In this document: positions 24,420-37,466 of the stretch, one piece after another
Layout: each line of letters begins with the position of its first letter
Numbering within the stretch: the stretch's first letter is position 1
Origin: Heptranchias perlo
Lineage: Eukaryota
Length of the DNA stretch: 64,000 nt
Direction of reading: 5' to 3'
Assembly: GCF_035084215.1 (NCBI RefSeq)
Contig: NC_090346.1
Coordinates: 15,376,001-15,440,000, forward strand
Notes under the pieces: generated by a model
The model's input: the letters and a program-made list of their open reading frames with translations, nothing else
What the model was told of the DNA's origin: nothing
Databases searched by the model: none
Position numbers and translations under genes: made by a program

Positions 24420-27230
24420 GTAGTGATAATGGGGGACTTCAATTATCCTAATATAGACTGGGATAGTAACAGTGTAAAGGGCAGAGAGGGGGAAGAATTT
24501 CTGAAGTGTGTTCAAGAGAACTTTCTTGATCAGTATGTTTCTGGCCCAACGAGGAAGGAGGCATTGCTGGATCTGGTTCTGGGGAATGAGGTGGGTAAAG
24601 TGGAGCAAGTGTCAATGGGGGAACATTTAGGGAACAGTGATCATAGTATCATAAGGTTTAGATTAGCTATGGAAAAGGACAAGGAGCACTCTAGAGTAAA
24701 AATACTTAATTGAAGGAGGGCCAATTTCAGTGTGTTGAGGATGGATCTGGCCCGCATAAATTGGAATCAAAGATTGGCAGGCAAAACTGTAATCGAACAA
24801 TGGGCGGCCTTTAAGCAGGAAATGGATCGGGTACAGTCTAGGTACATTCCCATGAGGGAAAGGTAGGGCAACCGAAGCCAGAGCTCCCTGGATGACGGAA
24901 GAGATAGAGAAAGGGGACGTGTGACAGATATCAGGTTGCTAATACAAGTAAGAACCAGGCTGAATATAGAAAGTTCAGAGGGGAAGTGAAAAAGGAAATA
25001 AGAGGGGCAAAGAGTATGAGAATAGACTAGCAATTAACATAAAAGGGAATCCAAAAGTCTTCTATAGGCATATAAATAGTAAATGGGTGGTAAAAGTAGG
25101 GTTGGGCTGATTAGGGACCAAAAAAGAGACCTATGCATGGAGGCAGAGGGCATGGCCGAGGTACTAAATGAGTATTTTGCATGTGTCTTTACCAAGGAAG
25201 AAGATGCTGCCAAAGTAAAAGAGGAGGTAATTGATGTATTGGATGGGCTAAAAATTGATAGAGGAGGTACTGGAAAGGTTGGCTGTAATTAAAGTAGATA
25301 AGTCACCAGGTCTGGATGGGATGCATCCTAGGTTGCTGAGGGTAGAAATTGTGGAGGTACTAGCCATAATCCCCCAATCATCCTTAGATACGGGGATGTT
25401 GCAAGAGGACTGGAGAATTGCAAATCATAGAATAGTTACAGCACGGAAGGAGGCCATTTGGCCATCGACTCCGTGCTGGCTCTCTGCAAGAGCAATCCAG
25501 CTAGTCCCACACCCCCGCCTTTTCCCCGTACCCCTGGAAATTTTTTCCCTTCAAGTACTTATCCAATTCCCCTTTGAAAGCCACAATTGAATCTGCCTCC
25601 ACCACCCCTTCGGGCAGTGCATTCCAGATCATAACCATTCACTGTGTAAAAAGTTTTTCCTGTTGCCTTTGGTTCTTTTGCCAATCACCTTAAATCTATG
25701 TCCTCTGGTTCTTGACCTTTCTGCTAATGGGAACAGTTTCTCTCTACCTACTCTATCTAGATCTTTCATGATTTTGAATACCTCTATCAAATCTCCTCTT
25801 AACCTTCACTGCTCTAAGGAGAACAACCTCAGCTTCTCCAGTCTATCCATATAACTGAAGTTACAGCCTTGTCAAAAAAGGGTGTAAGGATAAACCCAGC
25901 AACTACAGGCTAGTCAGTTTAACCTCAGTGGTAGGGAAACTTTTAGAAACGATAATCTGGGACAAAATTTAACAGTCACTTGGACAAGTGTGGATTAATT
26001 AAGGAAAGCCAGCACGGATTTGTTAAAGGCAAATCATGCTTAACTAACTTGATTGAATTTTTTGATGAGGTAACAGAGAGTGTTGATGTTGTGTATATGG
26101 ACTTGCAAAAGGTGTTGATAAAGTGCCACCTAATAGGCTTGTCAGCAAAGTTGAAGCCCATGGAATAAAAGAGGCAGTGGCAGCATAGATATGATATGAT
26201 CTAAGTGACAGGAAACAGAGTGTAGTGGTGAACGGTTGTTTTTCAGGCTGGAGGAAGGTATACAGTGGTGCTCCCCAGGGGCCGGTACTAGGACCACTAC
26301 TTTTCTTGATAAATACTAATGACTTTGACTTGGGTGTACAATTTTAAAATTTGCAGATGACACAAAACTTGGAAGGGTAGTGAACAGTGAGGAGGATAAT
26401 GATAGACTTCAAGAGGACGTAGACAGGCTGGTGGAATGGGCGGACATGTGGCAAATGAAATTTAACACAGACAAGTGCAAAGTGATACATTTTGGTAGGA
26501 AGATTGAGGAGAGGCATTATAAACTAAAGGTTACAATTCTAAAGTGGGTGCAGGAACAAAGAGACCTGGGGCTATATGTGCACAAATCGTTGAAGGTGGC
26601 AGGGCAGGTTGAGAAAATGCTTTTTAAAAAAAAGCATACAGGATCCTGGGCTTTATAAATAGAGGCATTGAGTACAAAAGCAAGGAAGTTATGATGAACC
26701 TTTATAAAACACTAATTTGGCCTCAACTGGAGTATTGTGTCCCATTCTGAAGGATGTGAAGGCCTTAGAGAGGGTGCAGAAGACATTTACTAGAATGGTT
26801 CCAGGGATGAAGGCCTTTAGTTATGTGGATAGACTGGAGAAGCTGGGGTTGTTCTCCTTAGAGCAGAGAAGGTTGAGAGGAGATTTGATAGAGGTGCTCA
26901 AAATCATGAGGGGTATAGACAGAGTAGATAGAAAGAAACTGTTCCCATCAAGAACCAGAGAACACAGATTTATGATTGTCAAAAGATCCAAAGGCGACAT
27001 GAGGAAAAACTTTTTTAGGCAGCAAGTGGTTATGATCTGGAATACGCTGCCTGAGGGGGTGGTGGAGGCAGATTCAATCGGGAATTGGATAAGCACTTGA
27101 AGGGAAAAAATTTGCAGGGCTACAGGGACAGGGTGGGGGAGTGGGACTAGCTGGATTGCTCTTGCACAAAGCTGGCATGGCTCGATGGGCCGAATGGCCT
27201 CCTTCTGTGCAGTAACCATTCTATGAATCT
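24420..27230 (+). mobile_element. CR1 LINE (endonuclease to RT and 3' UTR), degraded, with an internal inverted insertion
   Basis: IMGDFNYPNIDW...LDLVL...SDH (APE endonuclease), KSPGLDGMHPR, SQHGFVKGKSCLTNL, WQMKFN; tail ttctatgaatcta. Confidence 0.95.
25426..25859 (-). mobile_element. CR1 3' end inserted in antisense inside the 24420-27230 CR1
   Basis: Splits host DWRIAN|VT (gcaaat|gttaca); reverse complement of about 26815-27230. Confidence 0.9.
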
Positions 27231-27549
27231 AGAATTGTAATTGTCTCAATAATGATTATCGGCACCACCAATGAGATGACTTCCTGAAGAATAGAGATTC
27301 ATGGGAATAATACTATAAATGGATTTACTGGTACCGTGGTCACTAAGAACAATACCCACTTAAAATTAATACTGATTCTTTCTTTAAGAATGCTATTTTT
27401 TCTATTTCCTGGATTAAAAGTGGACTTCTTGCACATATGCACAGATTTAAATTCTTGCACAGATTACTCTGGAAATTCTTGAAGTAAAGCTATTCAAACT
27501 ATTTCCCATTATTAAATTTCTTTTTACCTGGCATAATTTTTTTTCCCAG

Positions 27550-27626
27550 GATCAAAACATGCTTCCAAAAAAATACTTTGAAGTCGACTTTCCAATGATT
27601 GTCATGAGAAAAATACACTTGATCAA
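27550..27626 (+). CDS. LCMT1: LCMT1 coding exon 4
   Basis: DQNMLPKKYFEVDFPMIVMRKIHLI(K); EVDFP motif; 77 nt; CAG/GTAAGT. Confidence 0.97.
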
Positions 27627-27889
27627 GTAAGTTCCTTTTGATTATTAGATCACCAGCTTCATTTACAATTTCAAATTTCTTCAAGGGGAGGGGGTAGGAC
27701 AGAGGAATTGGCACAGCATAACAATGTATTAATGTGATGTGCCATGGAGTGGTGCAACTTGGTTCTCCTCTTCCCAGCGGTAGAGGGTGAGATATAATTA
27801 GAACTCGGTGTGCAGATATAATTCAGTCTCCATTTTAAAGTCATACATTCTGTCCTTTTTATATTTCTATTATAAATTCCTATGTCCAC

Positions 27890-28027
27890 ATTTAGAATGG
27901 AAACTGTCTATGTCAACTTGTTGGCTGTAATTACATGCTTCCACCAGCAGTAGTACTGCAGTGTCCCCAATGGAGAGTGGGTGCCATTATAGTGTGACAA
28001 GTTTATACAGGCAGTTTCCATTATATG
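27890..28027. repeat. Palindromic (MITE-like) element, copy 2
   Basis: aatggaaactgtctatgtcaacttgt...acaagtttatacaggcagtttccatt arms; homologous to 23602-23740. Confidence 0.75.
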
Positions 28028-28139
28028 TTGAACATTGGAATTCATAATGGAAAATGTTGACAGGAGATGCAAGCTGATGTAAGATTTTTAATATACAAAT
28101 ATAATTGGGCCCAACTCTGGAATTTGGGAGACACCACTA

Positions 28140-28570
28140 TTTACATCTCTCCAGTCTGAAAAACATCTGTTAATCACTACTCTGTTTTCTAATCTTGAAT
28201 CAACTTCATATCCATACTACCACACTCCCTTTAATACCATGTACCTTAATTTTATCAACAAGCCTCCACGTGGCACCTTATCAAACATCTTTTGAAAATC
28301 TACGTACACAGCATCTACCTCATTTCCTCAAACAACTGTACTAAATTTGTCAAGACACTGACTTGCTGTTTACAAATCCATACTGGCTGCCCTTAATTAA
28401 CCCATGTATTTGTAAGTGAGAAATAATTTTATTCCATATTGTAGCCTCTAGGAGGCCCACTATCAATGTTAGGCTAATTAGTCTGTGGTTACCTGGTTTA
28501 TCATTTCTCCTTTTGAACAGAGGTATCATATTGGTAACCCCTGACACAACTTCCATATCCAAAGAAAGAT
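28140..28570 (-). mobile_element. Old CR1 RT fragment
   Basis: Minus ORF 28350-28562 (PLFKRRNDKPGNHRLISLT...SQYGFV). Confidence 0.75.
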
Positions 28571-31488
28571 TGTGGTCAGAGCTTTTTGGACAGGTTTCAA
28601 GATTTTTGATCTTTTATTTTTTCACAGAAAAAGGCTTTTGGGAATAAGTTGTGTTCAAGTGTTGAATTTGAAAACAAAGTGAATTTGCACATGTTTTTAA
28701 AAAAAACAGCAGGCTGCAGGCACTGAAGATTGGTATTCAAGGCAGATGACCCAATTTGTAGAATGTCACAGCTCAGTCTGTTTTAAACTGATATAAATGT
28801 CAGTTGTAGTGAAGGACAAATTACAGTATCAAGAACTACACTTGGACATAGCTACTATATTTTGACCGAGATTAGTTACATTACAGGGACTACACAGTGC
28901 ACAGGTACTGTATCTAAGCCTAGGCACAGTGTTGTGCAAAACAATGCAAGAGCAGTACTGAGGCAGCATGTACATGTATAGATAGAAGGCCTGATCATCA
29001 TTATAAAAGAACAGAAAAACAATAGCCTTGAACTGAGAAGAGGGAGGGTGAAAACATAGTTTAAATTTTACTGCTTTACGCAGAGGGTGGTCAGTGTATA
29101 GAATGGACTTCCAAGGGAGGCAGTGGGGGCTAATTTGTACATTAAATTCTAGAGAACTTTGCATATACCTGACAAATTTGTTAACTGTGGTATGAGAGGT
29201 ATTACAGAATATGATATTTCATAGACACTGGGACCAGCCACGTGGACTGCAGTGGTCTTTCTTTCCTGTACATTGTTGCGTTCCAGCAGCTAGCCTAGAA
29301 GTCATAGTCCTTGCACAGTGTTATCTGCACTTCTGCAGCAGGCATATTTTCTCTGAGCATTCGTATGTGTCGTGACTCATCCAGTAGTTCTTTAGTTTCC
29401 CATATCCAATGTAGCCTTCGGTCTTGAATGTCATGTTGCTGGTTGTTGAGTACAGGGTGAAAGCTTGTTGCGCTCAACAGCGGCATTACTTGATTGTATG
29501 TGTATAAATATAATAAAATAAAGCCAAAGTTTAAAATTATTATAATACAACAAGTGCACTGCGCAGAGGGAAATCAGATGATCCCAGTGCTGCACAGCTG
29601 GGTGCTGTCACTCACTTTTTGGAACCAGCTCCTTCAGTTGCAACATAATTTGAATTTTGGGGCTACATCTCTCTGGTGTATGGCTGTTCTATGTGATTAC
29701 AATTCCTTTGCTTATTAATCAGTGAGAAAAGCTGAAAACAAAATAGTTATGACTTGTAGCTGGCAGCAAGCCTGCCCCCAAGGCCCATGTAAATCAGACA
29801 GTGAGTGGGGCGGGGCAAAATTATTTACATTATTGGGGGTACATTGCCAAGTTTAGAGCATATATATCGAAGAGACTGATTACATTAGAGCTAATTTACT
29901 TAGTTAATTTATTATTTCATTACAGTTAAACCACCAAATCCTAAGGTTATTAAAGGTTCTTTAGGCAAACAAGCATCATTCTTACCAGTAGAATTTGCGA
30001 TTGTCAGCATAGATAAAGTACAAACAAATCAAAATACCAAGATGTTTCTACCAGATGAGATACAGTCTAGCATCTTCAGGGAAAGATGTAAGGAAATATC
30101 AACACTGATGCTCCATACAAAAAGTGTCTTGCATGATCTGTTTTTCAAAAATAGTGAGATATGAATCAAAGATTGAACACCAGTTAGTTTAACATCAATA
30201 GTGGGAAACATAGAAAATAGGAGCAAGAGTAGGCCATTCGGCCCTGCTCCGCCATTCAAAATGATTTTGGCTGATCGTCTAACTCAGTACCCTGTTCCTG
30301 CTTTTTCCCCATATCCCTTGATCCCTTCAGCATTAAGAAATATATCTATCTCCTTGATCCTCCCCACTCAACTCTCTTTCTTAGTCACATACTAGGTAAC
30401 GTCGTCAATGGTTTCCTTTCCTCGGGCAATGGCCCTCTCCCTTTCAAAGCCACCATCATCACATCCAGCCTCCTTTTTTAAAAAAAACACTCTCTTGATC
30501 CATCTGTCCTGACTAATTATTGCTCTATTTCAATCTCCTTTTTCTCTGCAAAGCCCTTGAACATATTATCTCCCAGTACTTTAATCCTCCTGGATTCATC
30601 TCCCAACATTTAACACAGTTGATCATGCCATTCCCCACCAAAGAATTGTATCATTTGGCTAGCTAAATTCTACTAATACATTCTGAAAAATTGTGCACAC
30701 TGCAAATGCCCAGACTGCAAAATCTGTTTTCAGCTAATAGTCTTCTGATCAAAACTATCAAGTCTAAACCTGGGTTTTTTGGAGGAACTGAAGCATTAAT
30801 AAAGGTATTAAGGGACATAAAAGGCAATTCAATAGATAAACGTAATTGAGTTATTGTAGAGTGTGTTTTTTCATTTTGTTTAAAACCATACTTTGGACAT
30901 TAGAAATTTTAGTTATTGAGGGAAAAATGAAATTTTTTTTTTCAAAAAGCATTTTCAGTGACTTAATTGGTCAATTAACAAAATACAATGATGAAATCTT
31001 TATATAGGATTTTCCATTATAAATGTTTACATATAGATTTCCCATTATAAATATTTGCATAGGAAGTTTACATTCTAAATGTTGATACAAGTGTTACAGG
31101 AAGTAACGTTTGTGCCTGGAAGTGCACACTATATGATTTTCATTATACAGATGTCATATAAATAAATACAGTTACTGACACCTAAATGGAAATGAATTTC
31201 CATGAATGGAAAGCAGGAAGCTTTTTCAGTTTGCAGTATAATTAGATTCAGGCAAGTCATTTCAATTCCGAATAACTACAAAGATTTGGGTTATCTTTAC
31301 TAAGGATCTGCTTTGTTATATTCAGTAACATTTGTGTGAATGATGCTGTTAATTTTATTAAATTGGTCTTTTAATGTTTATATATGAGTGATTTACCATT
31401 GTTGAAATTCCTCCTTTTTCTCTAAAACAGTTAAAAACGTCATAAGATTGCTGATAAACAACACGTAACTATTTGCTCTTTCCTGCAG

Positions 31489-31550
31489 AACAAAGCCTCC
31501 ATTGTCAAAGCCAATTATAGAAACACATTCGAGTAGTAGCCTGCTGATAG
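31489..31550 (+). CDS. LCMT1: LCMT1 coding exon 5
   Basis: (K)TKPPLSKPIIETHSSSSLLI(D); 62 nt; CAG/GTGAGA. Confidence 0.95.
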
Positions 31551-31642
31551 GTGAGATAGAAAAATTATACAGATGTATCTTTATCTTTTTCAAAATTTAC
31601 AGGGGCTTATGAAGCAAAGCATTGATTGAAATGGACTGATCT

Positions 31643-31930
31643 TTGGTCCGATGATGACATAATTTCTCCTTGAGCTCAACTGGGCTAATGAATCGTGCAT
31701 CTCAAGTGCACCTAACCTTTTGAGAGCCGCATCTCAAGCCCACAAAGTCTGATGAGTTATGTACCTCAAGTATGGCCAGCTTGATGAGTTACGTACCCTT
31801 AGCATGCATAGCCTGATAAATGGTATTCCTTGATCATGTCGTGCTTGATGGGTGCCACATTTCCAGCGTGCCTAGCTTAATAAGGCAAGTACCTTGAATT
31901 GGACAAGTCAGATGGGTAGGAAAACGAGAG
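31643..31930. repeat. Highly diverged tandem array with exact 32-bp period
   Basis: Units start at 31675, 31707, 31739, 31771, 31803, 31835 and 31867; shared core ..gcYtgatgag....Ycctcaag. Confidence 0.7.
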
Positions 31931-32108
31931 GAACCTCCAATATTCTTGTGACTTCTTCAGTCTGGTAAAGTACTGAAAAGGAGTAATCTCCCAACCCTTT
32001 CATTTCGAGAACAGTGTAGTTCAAATTAATTTGCATTTTAATTTGTTTTAAAACTGTAAACCATAACACAGAATTTCACTTAAAAACATTTTTTTGCACA
32101 TTTGCTAG

Positions 32109-32211
32109 ATGGCTATAGCATGGACTCCGATCGTTACACCATTATTGGGCAAGATCTCCGTGACATGCCCATGTTCATGGAAAGATTGAAAAAATTTGGC
32201 CTGAATACAAA
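32109..32211 (+). CDS. LCMT1: LCMT1 coding exon 6
   Basis: (D)GYSMDSDRYTIIGQDLRDMPMFMERLKKFGLNT(K); DLR motif; 103 nt. Confidence 0.96.
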
Positions 32212-32413
32212 GTAAGTTTGCTCTTCTGAGGTTGTCTTTATTGTCTTTAAACTCCATTTGAATCTCTCTAGTCACATTTCCGCCCCACCACAGCAATGAA
32301 ATAACCTTAACCAAAGTCATGAATGACATTCGTGACTATCTTTCCCGCAACTCCATGTTTGAATCTCTCCAAACAGGTTTTCACCACGTCACAGCACTGA
32401 AGCAACCTTAACT

Positions 32414-35153
32414 GGGTTTGATCTAGTAACCATTACTGAGAAGTGGTTGCAGGGTGACCAAGGTTGGGAACTAAATATTCCAGGGTACTTGACTTTTAGA
32501 AAAGACAGGTAAAATGGAAAAGGAGAGGGGGGGGGATAGCCCTGATAATAAAGGATGAGATAAAGGCAATAATGAGAAAGGATCCTGGATCAGAAAATCA
32601 GGAAGTAGAATCAGTATGGGTGAAGCTAAGAAATAACAAGGCGCAGAAAACACTGGTGGAGTAGTTTTTCGGCCCCCTAACAGTAGTTATAGTGTTGGAC
32701 AGAGTATAATCAGGAAATTAAAGGAGCATGTAACATGGGTAATGCAATAATCGTGCGGAACTTTAACCTTCATAAAGACTGGGCAAACCAAATTTGCAAA
32801 AGTAGTTTAGAGGACGAGTTCATGGAATACGTTCGAGACAGTTTTCTAGAACAATATGTTGAGGAACCAACTAGGGAGCCAGCTATTTTACATCTCGTAT
32901 TGTGTTATGAGACAGTGTTAATTAGTAATCTTATAGTTAAGGATCCTCTGGGGGAAGAGTGATCATAACATGATAGAATTTCATATTGAGTTTGAGCGTG
33001 AGGTAGTTAAGTGCGAATCTAGGGTTTTAAATTTAAACAAAGCCAATTATATAGGTATGAGGGACGAGTTGGCTAAGGTAGATTGGGAAATTAGATTAAA
33101 GGATATGATGGTAGATTAGCGATGGTGAACATTTTAAAGAAATAATTCATAATTCTCAACAAATATACAGTCCCTTGAGGAATAAAAAATCCACAGGAAA
33201 AGTGATCCAACCATGGCTAACTAGAAAAATTAAGGGTAGTATTAAATTAAAAGAAGAGGCTTACAATATTGCCAAATCAAGTAGTAAGCCTGAGGATTGA
33301 GAGGGTTTTAGAAATCAGCAAAGAATGACCAAGAAATTGATGATGAAGAAGAAAATTGAATGAGAGTAAACTAGCAAGAAATCTAAAAACACATTGTAAG
33401 AGCTTCTACAAGTATATAAAAAGGAAGAGATTAGCGAAAGTAAACGTGGGTCCCTTAAGAGGCAGAGACAGAAGAAATTATAATGGGGAATAAGGAAATG
33501 GCAGAGATGTTAAACAAATATTTTGCATCTGTCTTCACAGTAGAAGACACAAAAAACATACCAGAAATAGTGGGGAACCAAGGGTCTAATGAAAGTGAGG
33601 AACCTAAAGTCATTAAGATTAGTAAAGAAAAAGTATTGGAGAAATTAATGTGACTAAAAGCTGACAAATGGCCTACATCCTAGGGTTTTAAAAGAGGTGG
33701 CTGCAGAGATAGTGAATGCATTGGTTTTGATCTTCCAGAATTCCTGAGATTCCAGAATGGTCCCAATGGATTGGAAGGTAGCAAATGTAACCCTGCTATT
33801 CAAGAAAGGAGAGAGTGCAAAAACAGGGAACTACAGGCCAGTTAGCCTGATATCAGAAGTAGGGAAAATGCTAGAATCTGTTATTAAGGACGTAGTAACA
33901 GGGCACTTAGAAAATCATAATATGATTAGGCAGAGTCAACACTGTTTTATGGAAGGTAAATCATGATTGACAAATCTGTTAAGAGTTTTTTGAGGGTGTA
34001 ATTAGCAGGGTATATAAGGGGGAACCAGTGGATTTAGATTTTCAAAAGGCATTCGATAAGGTGCCACACAAGGTTGTTACACAAGATTAGGGCTCGTGGG
34101 ATTGGGGGTCATATATTAGCATGAAACTTGATTGGTTAATGGACAGAAAACAGAGAATAAATGTTTCATTTTTGGGTTGGCAGGTTGTAACCAGTGGGGT
34201 GCCGCAAGTATCAGTGCTTGGGCCTCAACTGTTTACAATATATATCAATGACTTAGATGAGGGGACAAAGTATAATGTATCCAAGTTTGTTGATGATACA
34301 AAGCTAGGTGGGAAAGTAAGCTTTGAGGAGGATGCAAAGAGGCTGCAAAGGGTTATAGACAGGTTAAGTGAGAGGCAGATGGAGTATAATGTGTGGAAAT
34401 GTGAAATTATCCACTTTGGTAGGAAGAACAGAAAAGCAGAATATTTTTTAAAAGGTGAGAGACTAAGAAATGTTGGTACTCAGAGGGATTTGGGTGTCCT
34501 TGTACACAAATCACAGAACGTTAACATGGGTATAGCAAACTATTAGGAAGGCAAACTATTTGCAAGGGGGTTGGAGTAAGAATAAGGAGGTCTTGCTGCA
34601 ATTATATAGGGCTCTGGTGAGACCACATCTTACTCAAGGAAGGATATATTTGCCTTAGATGGGGTGCAACAAAGGTTCACTAACTTGATTCCTCTGATGA
34701 GAGGGTTGTCCAATGAGGAGAGATTGATTTGAATGGGCCTATATTATCTGGAGTGTAGAAGAATGAGAGATGATCTCATTGAAGTGTATTAAATTCTTAA
34801 AGGGCTTGACAGGGTCGATGCTGAGAGGCTGTTCCCCTGGCTAGACAGTCTAGAACTAGGGGTCATAGTCTCAAGATAATAGGTCACCCATTTAGGACCT
34901 AGATGAGGAAAAATTTCTTCACTCAGAGGATTGTGAATCTTTGGAATTCTCTACCCCAGAGGGCTGTGGATGCTCAGTTGTTGAGTATTTTGAAGACTGA
35001 GATCAATAGAATTTTTGGACAGTAAGGAAATCGAGGGATATGGGGATTGGGCGGGAAAGTGGAGTTGAGGTAGAAGATTACTCATGATCGTATTGAATGG
35101 TGGAGCAGGCTCGAGGGGCCATATGGCCTACTCCTGCTCCTATTTCTTATGTT
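32414..35153 (+). mobile_element. CR1 LINE (endonuclease and RT, degraded) inserted into an L2 element
   Basis: DWKVANVTLLFKKG...NYRPVSL, GVPQVSVLGP, KFVDDTKL; tail cttatgttctta; flanked by CTTAACT at 32407-32413 and 35154-35160. Confidence 0.93.
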
Positions 35154-35160
35154 CTTAACT

Positions 35161-36075
35161 AAAGTCATGAATGACATCCTTTGTGACTGAGGTGCATTTT
35201 CCTTCTCAACCTCTCAGCAGCCACACAGTCGACCACACCATCCTCTTCCAAAGCCTCTCCTCCACTGCCCAGCTCAATGGGACTACCCTCATTTGGTTCC
35301 ACCCCTTACCTATCCAATCATAGCCAGAGCCTCTCCAGCAATAGCTTTTCTGCCCCTGGACCATTACCACTGAAGTCCCCCAAGGATCTATCTTTGGCCC
35401 CCTCCTTTTCCTCATCTACATGCTGCTCCATGGTGACTTCATCCAAAGACATAGGGTCAGGTTCCACATGTATGCTGACGACACCCAGCTCTACCTCTCT
35501 ACCACCTCTTTGTCACCTCAAAACTCAGCTGTTACAATGTTCTTCTGGGCAGCCTCCCATCCTCCACAATCTGTAAACTTCAGTTCATCCAAATCTCTGT
35601 TGCCCGCGTCCTATTCCGTACCAAGTCCTGTTCACCTATCACTCCTATCCTTGCTGATTTACATTGGCTCCAGTCTCTTAATGCTTCCAATTTAAAATTT
35701 TCATCCTCTTGTCTAAATGCCTTCAGGGCCTTGCCTCTCCCTATCTCTGTAATTTTCTCCATCCCTATATCCCCATCCCCAGAACTCTCCATTCCTCCAA
35801 CTTGGGCCTCTTTGCATCCCTCTTCCTGTGGCCCATCATTGGTAGCCGAGCCTTTAGCCACCTAAGACCCACGCTCTAGAATTCCTTTCCTAAATCCCTC
35901 CGACTCTCCAACTCCCTCTCCTCCTTTAAGACCCTTGTTAAAACCACCTCTTTGACCAAGCATTTTGTCACCCCTCCTAACATCTCCTTCTTTGGCTCAC
36001 CACCCATTTTTGTCTGATCACATCACTGTGAAGTGCCTTGGGATGTTTTTGTACCTTAAATGCAAGCTGTTGTTG
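35161..36075 (+). mobile_element. L2 LINE RT and 3' end; its 5' part is at about 32270-32413
   Basis: KVMNDIL continues across the CR1 insertion; FHMYADDTQLYLS; tail aaatgcaagctgttgttg. Confidence 0.85.
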
Positions 36076-37249
36076 AAAGGAAGATGATAAAGATAGACAT
36101 ACTGAAGGAAAGGAGGAGAGAGACTATTTTCCCTAGCCAATATCCATATCCATGGTTTACAGGAGTGGAAGTAGCTGAGTATTTTTTGGTGGAATTGATT
36201 GTAAAAGGTTTTGAGAACTATTGTTTCTATGTTTATTGTTGAGGACAGTGTGTTGTGTGAGCAAGGTCAAGTAAAAATGGGCTTAAAAAATGTAAGAAAA
36301 TAGATTTTTGTTCCAGGCCTTCAGGATTTTGCTCGAACAAAATTAGGTTATTCCAGGTCAGGCCACCAAGGTTACACATCACCAGACTTAAGTTGAAAGC
36401 ACAACCAGGGAGATTGATAGCCTACCTTTAGAAAAATAGAGGGGAAGGGCCTGTGTATATTTCCTGACAAAGGATTCCAATAATCCTAACCAATGCACTA
36501 TAAATGCAGGTTAACATGCTGTGCAAACACTTCAATTGAGCTGCATTTGTACGGTGTTTCATACAGTGCCCTGAGCTCACAGAATATACAGTAGGTTCAG
36601 CAAGGCAGTTAGCTCCCAACAGTCTCTCTTTAAAAGAAAGTATCTCATAACTAAATTGCACAGTTAATGTTGAGGTAAGATTGCCACAGAATTAACTGAT
36701 AAAGCTAGAAGATTGATGTGGCAGTATAGAACACCATTTTTTAAAATTAGGTTTGCTTTCTGTATTGCTATAACAATACTTAAATCCAACCTTAGTCTCT
36801 GGGGCACCAATCAACTTGCCTGTGGAGGTCTTTGGGGAATTGTGGGATGGCTGTGTTAGCCATTCTACGTGGGAGATGTTTAATGGTTGACACACTCTAG
36901 TTAATTATGAAGGTACAACTGATTGCCACTTCAGTGAAAAATGAATCCAGGTCTATTTTGATAATTGATACTGTGTTTAATCAAAATTATTCACATCACA
37001 GAGTATGTGATATTATTAGGCTAGCTTTTAGGACCATTAGTCATGAGATTTCAGTATTGTCTCAGTCTATAACATTTACCATCAATTTTTGTGGTGTAAC
37101 ATCATGATTGACATATAGTGCATGATTGTCTGACATTTGCTGATAGTTTCGATCATACAGAAAATCTTTTAGCATTGTTACAACAATGAAAGATTTCTTT
37201 AAAAATACATGATTTTTTTTTAACCTAGCGCTCAGTATACAGCACTCTT

Positions 37250-37466
37250 GGGTGGAATTGTCCTGTGTATGATTGTTAATGGTATTTGAGTAATTAACTG
37301 GGAGGTACTAACATCTGACTACCACCCAGAACAAAAGCTTTGTATCTGGCATAGTGCTAAATGTGAATTTGCAGTAATAACACGCAAAAGAGATTTAACA
37401 TCCCAAAGCGATTTTTCTTGAATGCTCATAGCGCAAAAATACTACCACACAAGACAATTCTAATCC
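37250..37466. mobile_element. Short element with terminal inverted repeats (MITE-like)
   Basis: gggtggaattgtcctgtgt ... acacaagacaattctaatcc. Confidence 0.5.

Noticed and set aside
31643-31930. CRISPR-like array or C/D-box snoRNA (ATGATGA at 31651, CTGA at 31749)
   Set aside because: No invariant repeat with unique spacers, eukaryotic context and no cas genes; the box motifs are part of the repeat unit and there is no terminal stem
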